This document shows, piece after piece, positions 25,896-36,774 of a DNA stretch of 64,000 bases. Both the position numbers and the translations under genes were made by a program. Every line of letters begins with the position of its first letter. The stretch's first letter is position 1. Origin of the DNA: Squalus acanthias (Eukaryota); contig CM059432.1 in assembly GCA_030390025.1 (NCBI GenBank), positions 868,001 through 932,000 on the forward strand, given 5' to 3'. The notes beneath the pieces are model-generated. The model had not been told where the DNA came from. It worked only from the letters and a program-made list of their open reading frames with translations, and did not search any database.

Positions 25896-26949
25896 GTCAG
25901 CCAAAATAATGAGGTCAAGGTAATTTTAATATGTTGGGTGGGTTCCTGGCATGATTGCTGCATGTGTTGGGGAGCCCACCTTAGGAAATCCCTGTTGCAA
26001 AAGTGCTAAAAATAAGGTTGAAGATAAACTTGTATTCATGTCCTGATTTGTAGTAGCAAGTGGAGTTGCTGGATTTAGAACTCGGTTCTATTAACGCAGG
26101 ATAGCATCAAAAAATGAATTCAGTATTGCTTTCTGGATCTAATGCAGATGTTTACCGCAATTCCAATGGGGTTTTGTATCACAAAGTATCCCATTGATGT
26201 ACAACTAACACATTAAATGACTGCTTACTGGATACGGGGTTTCTGGGGTCTTTCTGTTGCAAGTGTCAGCATGACAATTGCAAACGCACCGACCGCCAAG
26301 TTTTTTAAAATTCATCCACGGGATGCGGGTGGTCGCTGGTATTTATTGGCCATCCCTAATCATAGAATCATAGAAATTTACGGCATAGAAGGAGGCCATT
26401 CAGCCCATCGTGTCCGTGCCGGCCGACAAAGAGCTATCCAGCCTAATCCCACTTTCCAGCTCTTGGTCCGTAGCCCTGCAGGTTACGGCCCTTCAAGTTC
26501 ATATCCAAGTACTTTTTAAATGCAATGAGGGTTTCTGCCTCTACCACCTTTTCAGGCAGTGAGTTCCAGACCCCCACCACCCTCTGGGTGAAAAAATTTC
26601 TCCTCAACTCCCCTCTAATCCTTCTACCAATTACTTTAAATCTATGCCCCCCTGGTTATTGACCCTTCCGCTAAGAGAAATAGGTCCTTCCTATCCACAC
26701 TATCTAGGCCCCTCATAATTTTATACACCTCAATTAAGTCTCCGCTCAGCCTCCTCTGTTCCAAAGAAAACAACCCCAGCCTCTCCAATCTTTCCTCATA
26801 GTTAAAATCTCCAGTCCTGGCAACATTCTCATAAATCTCCTCTGTACCCTCTCTAGTGCAATCACATCTTTCCTGTAATGTGGTGACCAGAACGGTATGC
26901 AGTACTCCAGCTGCAGCCTAACTAGTGTTTTATACAGTTCAAACATAAC

Positions 26950-28707
26950 GGCCCAGAAATTCGCCTCTCCGGCTTGCCACGGGGGTAAGGATCGCGCGCG
27001 CACTTACCTACCGCGCCTGCCGTTGTGTTTTGGGCCCACAGGAACTTCAGCTCCTGGGCCTCTCCCAACTGCCGGCGCGCAGTGCGTGCGTGTCCCAGGG
27101 GCGTAGTTAGTGCGATGTGTCCCCTGGGATCACGTGGGCCATGGAGAGCCAATGGCAGCAGACCATCTTTCATTTTACATTAATGACCTGGATCAGGGAG
27201 TCAGATGCAGCATTTCCAAATTTGCAGACGACACTAAACTAGGAGGGGGGGTGGGCTCAGAGGAGGAGACCAGGAAGCTCCAGAGCGATTTGGACAGACT
27301 GGGTGATTGGGCGGATAAATGGCAGATGCACTATAATGTGGACAAGTGCGAAGTTATCCACCTTGGGTGCAGGAACGGGAGGGCAAATTATTATTTAAAT
27401 GGCAATAAATTGGGAGAGGGGGAAGTACAGAGAGACCTGGGTGTTCTTGTACACCAGTCACTGAAGGCGAGCATGCAGGTGCAACAGGCGGTCAAGAAGG
27501 CAAACGGTATGCTGGCCTTCATAGCAAAAGGGTTGGAATACAGGAACAGGGATACCTTGCTGCAGCTGTACAGGGCACTGGTGAGACCACACCTCGAGTA
27601 CTGTGTACAGTTTTGGTCGCCTCATCTGAGGAAAGATGTTCTTGCCATGGAGGGGGTGCAGCGGCGATTCACCAGGCTGATACCAGGAATGGCGGGATTG
27701 ACCTATGAGGAGAGACTATGTAGTTTAGGGATGTACACACTGGAGTTTAGAAGATTGAGAGGGGACCTCATAGAAGTGTATAAAATTCTGACAGGTCTAG
27801 ACAGACTAGATGCAGAAGGAATGTTTCCCTTGGCGGGTGAGAACAGAACTAGAGGACATAATTTAAGGATAAGGGCTAAACCATTTAGGACAAAAATGAG
27901 GGGGAATTTCTTCACTCAGAGGGTGGTGAACCTGTGGAACTCATTGCCACAGAGGGCAGTGTACGCCAGCTCATTAAATATATTTAAGACGGAATTAGAT
28001 ATATTTCTACAGGCAAAAGGGGTTAAGGGTTACGGAGAGAAGGCGGGGACGGGATACTGAATTGGAGGATCAGCCATGATCTCATTAAATGGCGGAGCAG
28101 GCTCGAAGGGCCGGATGGCCTACTCCTGCTCCTATCTTCTATGTATCTATGTATCTATGTATGTATTCATAGATTTGACAGGAGACCTGTCAAATCTGTG
28201 AATTGAAATCGGCCCCAAAAGAACAGCTAAACTTAAAATAATTTTTTTTTTAAAACCATCACATTTATAAAATAACTATAGTTAAATAAATTAACCACTT
28301 TAAACAAAAATTTAAATTTTTGAAAAAATTAAAATACTTTTTAAAAGTGATAAAAATAAACTTACCTTTCTTTAAAGTATCTAAAAAAGATAAACCTGTT
28401 GAAAAAATGTTTAACTTATACTTAATTAACCACTTACCTTGTTGAAAACGGGTCTTGCGCCTCCTTTTCATAAGCGTAGTTTCTTCACTACTTACCCTCC
28501 CGTAGAAACCTGAAAAAAAATCTAAGTGTGCTGCGTGTGCGTAGCCTCTACCGCGCACGCGGTTCACCTAGGAACCGCCCCCTTCACCAGACCGGAAGTT
28601 CCGGTTTCCCGCGCATGCGCAGTACATGCAGGAAACCGGCACTTCGGGACGCATTACGGGTGAGTACGCACTGTGTACTCACCCGGGAAGGGCCGAATTT
28701 TTGGCCC
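26950..28707. mobile_element. MITE, Harbinger-type, carrying a nested CR1
   Basis: TIR ggcccagaaattcg / cgaatttttggccc, TSD AAC; body matches the 14061 family on both sides of the insert. Confidence 0.82.
27175..28164 (+). mobile_element. Young 5'-truncated CR1 LINE with an uninterrupted RT C-terminal frame
   Basis: YINDL...KFADDTKL...RPHLEYCVQFWSP...to stop at 28060 with no disruption; tail (tatgtatc)n. Confidence 0.93.
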
Positions 28708-28884
28708 AACCTCCCTGCTCTTATATTCTATGCCTCGGCTAATAAAGGAAAGTATCCCGTATGCTTTCTTAACCAGCTTATCTACCTGTCCTGCTACCTT
28801 CAGTGATCTGTGGACATGCACTCCAAGGTCCCTCTATTCCTCTGGATTACTAGTGCAGTAACATTATCACTATGCTACCGTGCC

Positions 28885-29273
28885 ATAGAAACATCGAAAA
28901 ATAGGAACAGGAGTAGAACATTCGGCCCATCGAGCCTGCTCCGCCATTCAGTATGATCATGGCTGATCCTCTATTTCAATACCATACCCCCGCTCTCTCC
29001 CCATACCCCTTGATGCCTTTTGTGTCTAGAAATCTATCTATCTCCTTCTTAAATATATTCAGTGACTTGGCCTCCACAGCCCTCTGTGGTATAGAATTCC
29101 ACAGGTTCACCACCCTCTGAGTGAAGAAATTTCTCCTCATCTCAGTCCTAAATGTCCTATCTCGTATCCTGAGACTGTGACCCCTCGTTCTAGACCCCCC
29201 CAGCCTGGGGAAACATCCTCCCTGCATCCAGTCTGTCTAGCCCTGTCAGAATTTTATACATTTCAATGAGATC
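28885..29273 (-). mobile_element. CR1 3' fragment
   Basis: ORF 28976-29227 RTRGHSLRIR...FFTQRVVNLWNS. Confidence 0.85.
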
Positions 29274-29358
29274 CACATGCTGTTGTGGCTTATTTTTGGA
29301 TTGTGGAAGTATTGATAAGATGGGCGTTGAGATAACAATTTCTCGCATCATTTTACAG

Positions 29359-29477
29359 CTTGTAACTGCCACGGACATGCCAAGGATTGTTATTACGATG
29401 CTGATGTCAGCCGGCGCAGAACAAGTGTGAACACCCACGGGCGGTATGAAGGTGGAGGTGTTTGCCTGAACTGCCAG
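29359..29477 (+). CDS. LAMA3: Laminin alpha3-like exon 8, LE2 first half
   Basis: ttacAG|...|GTatga, 119 bp; (P)[39 protein letters not shown]. Confidence 0.94.
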
Positions 29478-30229
29478 GTATGAGGCAAACCGTTCAAGTC
29501 AGGACGGATACTTTAATTTATTGATAGCCGAAGGCATCATTTCTGAGAAGCGTACGGCATGCATCCCTGCTCGTCTTTCCATCGCAGATATTTCCAGCGA
29601 TTTTTGTAAAAACTGGTTGCCTCGGTTTGTCTTAAAGATAGAATAAAAGTTTACAAACTCCGCCGACTTCGCTATTAGTTTGATTTGCTAAAAAAAAAGG
29701 CCATAAAACATTTTTTTAAGCCTGAATGAATACTAAGCTTTGGCAGCAAAAATGTCCAGAATGTTCGAACAATGCCCCTTTAACTTGAGAAGATCCACAA
29801 GACCTTTTTAATGGGTCTGTAAATAGACACAGCGACTGATTTCTGCGACGCAGTAACCACCATGGTGATATGGTGTTTGAATTTGGCTGTCTACAGTCCA
29901 GCCTGTGCAGAAACACTAAATAAATAGTGTATCTTTAACCTGCTGCGCTGATTTGAACAAGAATTAGTGGTGCTGTTAACAGAAATTTACCACTACAGTT
30001 CCATTGGCACGCGAAGGAAAGGTTTTTTTTGCTTAATTTCCAAGTCGCAAATCTTAATTGTCCAGTTGAAAAGATGATGTAGTCAGCATTAGTGGCTAGG
30101 TTTAACTTCATTGGATGAAAGCTCAGTTGTTAATATGCTAATTTGACATCTCACAGACTAATAAGCAGCTGCAGTAGCAGAGGTTGTGTTACGTTTCTGT
30201 AAGTCACGTGTTTCTAAATTTCTCTGCAG

Positions 30230-30320
30230 CACAACACCGCGGGAACAAACTGTGAGCGGTGTGCGCCGTTTTATTATCGGCCACCTGGAATTCCCAAGGA
30301 GGCGCCCGATGGCTGTTTAC
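30230..30320 (+). CDS. LAMA3: Laminin alpha3-like exon 9, LE2 second half
   Basis: tgcAG|...|GTaagt, 91 bp; HNTAGTNCERCAPFYYRPPGIPKEAPDGCL (APDGC is alpha3-like). Confidence 0.94.
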
Positions 30321-30588
30321 GTAAGTCTTTCCTGCGTTTTTCTTCTTCCACCAGTAAAACAGTTTATTGTAACACCCTTCAATGAAATATTTTGGGGGTA
30401 GTTTGAGCCTAACTCACCCACGGGAATCCCGCGGGCTGGGGTGGAAGGCAGGTTTTACGCCCCGCCCGATATTGCTCTCCGCTGACTTCCATGGAGAGTA
30501 AAATCATGTGCGGTGTGAAATCGGCATTGCCCCCAATCTCGTCAGTTTCCCAATGGGCGGATGAGGTTACATCATTTTAGAACGCAAG

Positions 30589-31481
30589 GGGGGAAAAATT
30601 CAGTTGGTTGCGCCTCCCGTTAGCGCCTTAAGAGGGCGCTAATGGGGCGCAAAGCATCTAGCGCCCAGGCGCGGCGAAGTTTGCGCCGCTCGCGAAATTA
30701 ACAAGACATTTTGCGGCGGCGCTAAACACTACCGCCACGATCTCCTGCGCCGGCAGATCATGACGTCACTCGAGTGCGCAACGCCCCGGTATCGCCCCGG
30801 AGCGGATATTGAGTGGTGCCCCCTGCCTTACCGCCTGACGCTAGCAACGACAGGTTGAGGGGAGCGTTCTGCAGTCATGAAGGGAAAGGGGGAGCGCTAT
30901 TTAAAGGTGACCGCTTCCTGCCTTTTATTGTTGGTGCCATTTTTCAACTACGCATTCTGAGAGAGAGAGGGAGAGACTTCTGGAGAGATTCAACGTTGTG
31001 TGAAGGAGTTTTGGGTACTGAGCAGCACTTTGCAGGTTCATTTTGATTTGCCATTCCTTGTATCGATTTAGCAGAGACTGTGGGGGCTGCACTCTGAGCT
31101 CTTTGCCTGGTACTCTCCATTGTTCTTTCCAGCAGATTTGATGTGCAGGTCTCTCCAGGCCGAGATTCAAGGCTGCAATGAGCAGGATGTGGATGGAAAG
31201 CAAGATTAACCATCCCCTTTAAGAACTGGCCCGTGCCATTGTGTGTGTGTTCCATTGCTGACTGACATTACATGAGCTTCGCCAGCGCTCTGAGGTAGCG
31301 CCTCGCTCCTCGGCCTTTGCGCCTTAAGACAGGTGTGAAGCGCCTGATATAGCGCTGCAATCACCTCCAGGGGCGATAAAAGTTAAGTTTGCAGACGGTG
31401 GTGATAATTAGCGCCAGGCGCTAATCTTTGCACCCGGCCGATAATTGCGCCCCAAATGGGGCGATACTGAATTTCTCCCCC
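30589..31481 (+). mobile_element. ~895-bp Harbinger-type MITE, copy 3
   Basis: TIR gggggaaaaattcag / ctgaatttctccccc, TSD AAG; near-identical to copies 1 and 2. Confidence 0.9.
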
Positions 31482-31621
31482 AAGGAGTTTCCAGTTGCAT
31501 TATTTTAATTGCTCAATGAATTGCAGTGAAAATAGAACACTAATATGCAAAGAGAGATTTTTTAATTTCTATAATCCCTCCTTATTTTGCCCCCTTCTTT
31601 ATGGCTACTTAATGAAAAGAA

Positions 31622-32075
31622 GGAAAGAAAGACTTGCATTTATATAGCGCCTTTCACAACCTCAGGACGTCCCAAAACGTTTCACACTCAATGAAGTACT
31701 TTTGAAGTGTAGTCACTGTTGTAATGCAGGAAACGCAGCAGCCAATTTGGGCACAGCAAGCTCCCACAAACAGCAATGAAATAATGACCAGATAATCTGT
31801 TTTAGTGATGTTGATTGCAGGATATATATTGGCCCAGATAACTCCCCTGCTCTTTTTCGAAATAGAGCTGTTGGATCTTTTACGTCCTCCTGAGAGAGCA
31901 GACGAGGCCTTGGTTTAACGTTTCATCCAAAAGACGGCACCTCCGACAGTGCAGCACTCCCTCAGTACAGCACTGGGAGTGCCAGCCTAGGTTATGTGCT
32001 CAAGTCTTTGGCGTGGGACTTGAACCTACAACCTTCTGACTCAGAGGCGTGGGTGCTCCCCACTGAGCCACAGAT
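31622..32075 (-). mobile_element. Full-length DeuSINE
   Basis: tRNA-like head, Deu core and L2-like tail on the minus strand. Confidence 0.83.
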
Positions 32076-32500
32076 TTAACTCTTTGAACATGCATTTGCC
32101 CATCTCCTCAAAGTCTTCGAAGGGTTACAGACCAAGGCAGGTAGATGGGGTTAAGATACAGATCAGCACTCCCTCATTACTGCACTGGGAGTGTCAGCCT
32201 AGATTATATGCCCATTATGTGCGTGCGGGATGGCCTACTTCTGTGTTGTAATTCTATGATTCTCAGAGAACAAGCAGGCTTCTGCTAATGGTAATCTTGG
32301 ATCAACTACAAGGAGATACACGTGATCAGACTGAAGCAACTCCTGCTGATTTTCTCGTTTCCTGGCTGTGAGGGCCACGCTTCTCTCTGCTTGACATATC
32401 CCTCTGATGGAGCAGTTATTATCGGCAACTCCCTATTTGGGAAAATACACGTCTAAACCACAACCCAGTCCCCTGAAGTGCCACTGTGCAGTACTAACAC

Positions 32501-33057
32501 AATTGAGAGGTCGCACAACACCAGGTTATAGTCCAACAGTTTTATTTTAAATCACAAGCTTTCAGAGTTACAACTCCTTCGTCGGGTGAAGTGAGGAGAT
32601 ACAGAATCGTCAAAGCATATATAGATACAGAACAATGCATGTGTAACTTACAATTGCAGACAACTAAATTCAATCATCCTGACTGTTTATCTGCCGAGGT
32701 GTGATAAAGTTAATCAGGTCAGCCAGGAAGGTACTCTCAGCCTGTGCTCAGGACACAGCAGACCAGTTACGAGACACCGCCAAATGGTACCTTCCTGGCT
32801 GACCTGATTAACTTTATCACACCTCGGCAGATAAACAGTCAGGATGATTGAATTTAGTTGTCTGCAATTGTAAGTTGCACATGCATTGTTCTGTATCTAT
32901 ATATGCTTTGACGATTCTGTATCTCCTCACTTCACCCGACGAAGGAGTTGTAACTCCGAAAGCTTGTGATTTAAAATAAAACTGTTGGACTATAACCTGG
33001 TGTTGTGCGACCTCTCAATTTTGTCCACCCCAGTCCAACACCGGCATCTCCGCATCA
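32501..33057 (+). mobile_element. Penelope-like fold-back element (inverted pseudo-LTRs) with hammerhead motifs
   Basis: 234-bp arms 32501-32734 and 32787-33020, 52-bp spacer, 37-bp unpaired tail, TSD gtactaacac(a); same terminus as 62011. Confidence 0.8.
32932..32969 (+). ncRNA. Minimal type I hammerhead ribozyme-like motif (U4>C variant)
   Basis: tcac-CCGACGA-a-ggagt/tgta/actcc-GAAA-gc-TT-gtga: stem I tcac/gtga, stem II, palindromic AGCT stem III; mirrored on the minus strand near 32552-32589. Confidence 0.6.
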
Positions 33058-34511
33058 GTACTAACACACCATCTATATTTTCTTTCCCGAGATAAATAAC
33101 CTGGGCTGCCTGTTTATGGTACACAGAATAATAGCTGGAAGCGAGTGATAAGGTTGTAATTAAACTGGGTAGTTATAATGACTTTATAAACCGCAAAGAA
33201 TGAAGCTCAATCAAGTTAATGAATGTCAGCCTAACCTCAAGATTGAATTTCATGCCTCAAGCTCAGTGCGGAGGTCGTATATTCTGCTGTGTGTAAGATT
33301 AGAGAAGAAGTTGTTATGATCTGGAATGCACTGCCTGGAAGCAGATTCAGTAGTAGCTTTTCAAAGGAAATTTGGATAAATACTTGAAAAGGAAAAAAAT
33401 GTGCAGGGCTATGGGGAAAGAGCAGGGGGAGTGGGACTAATTGGAGAGCTCTTTCAAAGAGCCGGCACAGGCATGATGGGCCGAATGGCCTCCTTCTGTG
33501 CTGTAAGATTCTATGATTAGTGATCTTTTTGTCATTAGTCTACTTCCTGTTGGCTAATGGGTTCGCTGAGTGTGGTTAAACTGTGGAGAATGTACCTTAA
33601 ATGCTCAGGATGCGCGCTGGCCTTCAGGAAGCTCATTGCAACTAGGCCATGTCGGAAACTATCAGGCAATGAAGGGGAAATCACTGGCACTGTGGCTGTG
33701 ACTTTTTGATAAACCCTAGTGGGAGGCCAGTATATACTCAGGAAAATACTTCTTGCACATTAATGGATAACCAAACAAATTGTGATTAGGGAGCTAGAGG
33801 CTTATGATACTAAATAAATTGTTCAACATATATTAAATGTTCAACTTGAATAAGTTATGTTGATTGTCTCAATTTAATTATCCTATGTCTAATAAACAAC
33901 AACTTGCATTTATACAGCGCCTTTAACGTAGTAAAATGTCCCAAGGCGCTTCACAGGAGAGATTATCAAACAAAATCTGATACCAAACCACCTGAGGAGA
34001 TATTAGGGCAGGCAACCAAAAGCTTGCCCTAGGAGGTAGGTTTTACAAACTGTTCAAAGGAAATTGGATAAATACTTAAAAAGGAAAAAATTGCAGGGCT
34101 GTGGGGAAAGAGCAGAGGAAGTGGGACTAATTGGAGAGCTCTTTCAAAGAGACAGAACAGGCATGATGGCCTCCTTCTGTGCTGTAGGTTTTAAGCATCT
34201 TAAAGATGGAGAAAGAGGCGGAGAGGTTTAGGGAGGGAATTCCAGAGCTTAGGGCCCAGGCAGCTGAAGGCACGGCCGCCAATGGTGGAGCGATGGAAAT
34301 CGGGGGATGCTCAAGAGGCCAGAATTGGAGGAGCGCAGAGATGTTGGCAGGTTGTAGAGCTGGAGGAGGTTACAGAGATAGGGAGGGGCAAGGCCATGGA
34401 GGGATTTGAACAAAGGCAAAATACTGCGGATGCTGGAAATCTGAAATATAAACAGAAAATGCTGGAAACACTCAGCAGGTCAGGCAGCATCTGTGGGGAG
34501 AGAGAAACAGA

Positions 34512-34543
34512 GTTAACGTTTCAGGTCAGTGACCCTTCGTCAG
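34512..34543 (-). ncRNA. Minimal hammerhead ribozyme core
   Basis: rc reads CTGACGA-a-gggtc/act/gacct-GAAA-cg-TT-aac: canonical CUGANGA and GAAA boxes, 5-bp stem II, palindromic ACGT stem III; stem I weak. Confidence 0.62.
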
Positions 34544-34549
34544 AATGGT

Positions 34550-34581
34550 CTGATGAAAAGCCATCGACCTGAAACGTTAAC
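34550..34581 (+). ncRNA. Hammerhead core, degenerate stem II
   Basis: CTGATGA-aaagccatcgacct-GAAA-cgTTaac. Confidence 0.5.
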
Positions 34582-34716
34582 TCTGTTTCTCTCTTCACTG
34601 ATGCTGCCTGACCTGCTGAGTGTTTCCAGCATTATCTTAGGAATTTGAACACATGGATGAGAGTTTTAAATTTGATTTAAAAATAAAGCCTGAAAGCGAT
34701 ATCTTATTCTCTTCAG

Positions 34717-34848
34717 CCTGCAGGTGTAACCCTGAATTTACAGACGGATGTGAAGCAACAACAGGCCAATGCCGCTGCAGACCTCAGTTCAGTGGTGAAC
34801 ACTGCGACAGCTGTTCCCATGGATACTACAACTTTCCTCGATGCATTC
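34717..34848 (+). CDS. LAMA3: Laminin alpha3-like exon 10, LE3
   Basis: ttcAG|...|GTacgt, 132 bp; (P)CRCNPEFTDGCEATTGQCRCRPQFSGEHCDSCSHGYYNFPRCI, 8-Cys LE module. Confidence 0.93.
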
Positions 34849-35254
34849 GTACGTATTACAGCTTTATATGTGTGTCTTTATGGACTCACCTTGTTCACAG
34901 TACTGAAAGGAACCCGGCTAAATACCCTTTCGCCCATTTCCAAGCAACTGGCAACGTGAGCAATCTAATACTTTGTTTATTCCGGTTGGAGAATTTGACA
35001 CTTGAAATCAGATATCATGTTCTGCTCTCTGATTTAAGTATGTCGTCTATGCTTACGTTATGGGCTCTGAGATTCCCACAGGTCACAATGCTAGTACTGC
35101 GACAGCATCACCACCCGTTGATGCCCTCCAATACCGACTCCTACCAGAGTGGGCGGGCACCTCATTTGGATGGGGCCAGTGGGCATTTACTATATAGAGG
35201 GAGCCCAGAAAGTGCAAATGTAATACACATCTTCATACTCTTTTAAGACTTACA

Positions 35255-35850
35255 CAGAATTACATAGAATTTACAGCACAGACACAGGCCATTCAGCTCA
35301 TCAGGTCTATCAGGTGTTTATGTTTCACACGAACTTCCTCCCACCTTATTTCAACTCACCTTATCTGCATATCCTTCTATTCCTTTCTCCCTCATGTGTT
35401 TATCTAGCTTCCCCTTAAATGCATCTTTACTATTCACCTCAACCACTCCCTGTGGTAGCGAGTTCCACATTCTCACCACTCTCTGGGTAAAGAAGTTTCT
35501 CCTGAATTCCCTATTGGATTATTAGTGACGATCTTATATTTATCACCACTAGTTTTGGACTCCCCAACAAGTGGAGACATCTCCTCTACCTCTACCCTAT
35601 CGAACCCCATTCATAATTTTAAAGACCTCTATTTGTCATCCCTCATCCTTCCCTTTTCTGGAGAAAAGAGCCCCAGCCTGTTCAGGCTTGTACCCTCTCA
35701 GTTCTGGTATCATCCTTCTCCAGTGCCTCTATATCCTTTTTGTAATATGGAGACCAAAACTGTGCACAGTACTCCAAGTGTGGTCTAACCAAGGTTCTAT
35801 ATATGTTTAACACAACTTCTCTGCTTTTGAATTCTTTCCTCTAGAAATGA
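35255..35850 (-). mobile_element. CR1 3' fragment
   Basis: Same family as 2640-3135 and 63180-63717 (gagttccacattctcaccactctctgggtaaagaag). Confidence 0.8.
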
Positions 35851-36074
35851 GCCCTAGTTACTCGTTACAAGTCTACTTTTAAAAGGTTCCGCTGATTACA
35901 GTCAACCCGAGCATGTTGTTTTGTAAATTAATCCAAATTATACTGATAATTTCTAATTAATCCTACTTCCAATCCTGTTTATCTTGTAACTCAGATGTAA
36001 TCTTTCAAAATATACATAAATTAGACTTTACTTTGTGATCCAGGGCTAATTTACAAATATATTATAGTTTTGTT

Positions 36075-36650
36075 TAGAATCATAAAATCTTACAACACAG
36101 AAGGAGGCCATTCAGCCCATCGTGCCTGTGTCGGCTCTTTGAACGAGCTTTCCAATTAGTCCCACTCCCCCCCTGCTCTTTCCCCACAGCCCTGCAAATT
36201 TCTCCTTTTCAAGTATTTATCCAATTCCCTTTTGAAAGTTACTATTGAATCTGCTTCCACCGCCCTTTCAGGCAGCGCGTTCCAGATCACAACAACTCGC
36301 TGCGTAAAAACATTCTCCTCATCTCCCTCTGGTTCTTTTGCCAGTTACCTTAATTCTGGGTCCTCTGGTTACTGACCCTCCTGCTACTGGAAAGAGTTTC
36401 TCCTTATTTACCCTATCAAAACCCCTCATAATTTTTAACTCCTTTATTAAATCTCCCTTAACCTTCTCTCCCGTTGAGTATATTCAAGGCTGAGATTGAT
36501 AGATTTTTGGACTCTAGGGGAATCAAGGGATATGGGGATCGGGCGGGAAAGTGGAGTTGAGGTCGATGATCAGCCATGATCTTATTGAATGGTGGAGTAG
36601 GCTCGAGGGGACATATGGCCTACTCCTGCTCCTAATTCTTATGTTCTTAT
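36075..36650. mobile_element. Two abutting CR1 3' fragments
   Basis: Minus-strand fragment 36075-36470 and plus-strand tail 36472-36650. Confidence 0.75.
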
Positions 36651-36711
36651 GAATCAGTTTGCATGTTATGTAAATTTGACATTTTTAACTGTGAACATTT
36701 TTTTCTTCTAG

Positions 36712-36774
36712 GTGTTCCCGTTTACCCCACCCCCAGTCCGGTGACTGTAGCCCCATCGGCTGGACATTTCCAAA
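36712..36774 (+). CDS. LAMA3: Laminin alpha3-like exon 11, Pro-rich linker
   Basis: ttctAG|...|GTgagc, 63 bp, phase 1-1; (R)VPVYPTPSPVTVAPSAGHFQ resembles the human alpha3 linker RIPIFPVSTPS...AGDIK. Confidence 0.85.

Larger units (their letters stand above)
26359..28842 (-). mobile_element. CR1 3' fragment interrupted by a MITE
   Basis: LEYCIPFWSPHYRKDVIALERVQRRF; LINE sequence resumes across the AAC TSD (…cataac|…|aacctccctgctc). Confidence 0.82.
34413..34639. mobile_element. Penelope-derived short fold-back element with two opposed hammerhead cores
   Basis: Arms ~34458-34543 and ~34550-34633; 12-bp TSD gggatttgaaca/ggaatttgaaca. Confidence 0.75.
33895..34680 (-). mobile_element. L2 3' fragment interrupted by a CR1 tail and a fold-back element
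   Basis: L2 tail at 33895; body gtttagggagggaattccagagc...; resumes at 34640. Confidence 0.72.

Noticed and set aside
27110..28060. 316-aa reverse transcriptase ORF as a functional gene or retron-like system
   Set aside because: It is a 5'-truncated CR1 lacking the endonuclease and the N-terminal RT motifs; the apparent start lies in the flanking MITE.
30320..30385. LaNt alpha31-equivalent tail after exon 9
   Set aside because: Read-through gives only 21 codons (RKSFLRFSSSTSKTVYCNTLQ), within chance, and no clear polyA signal follows.
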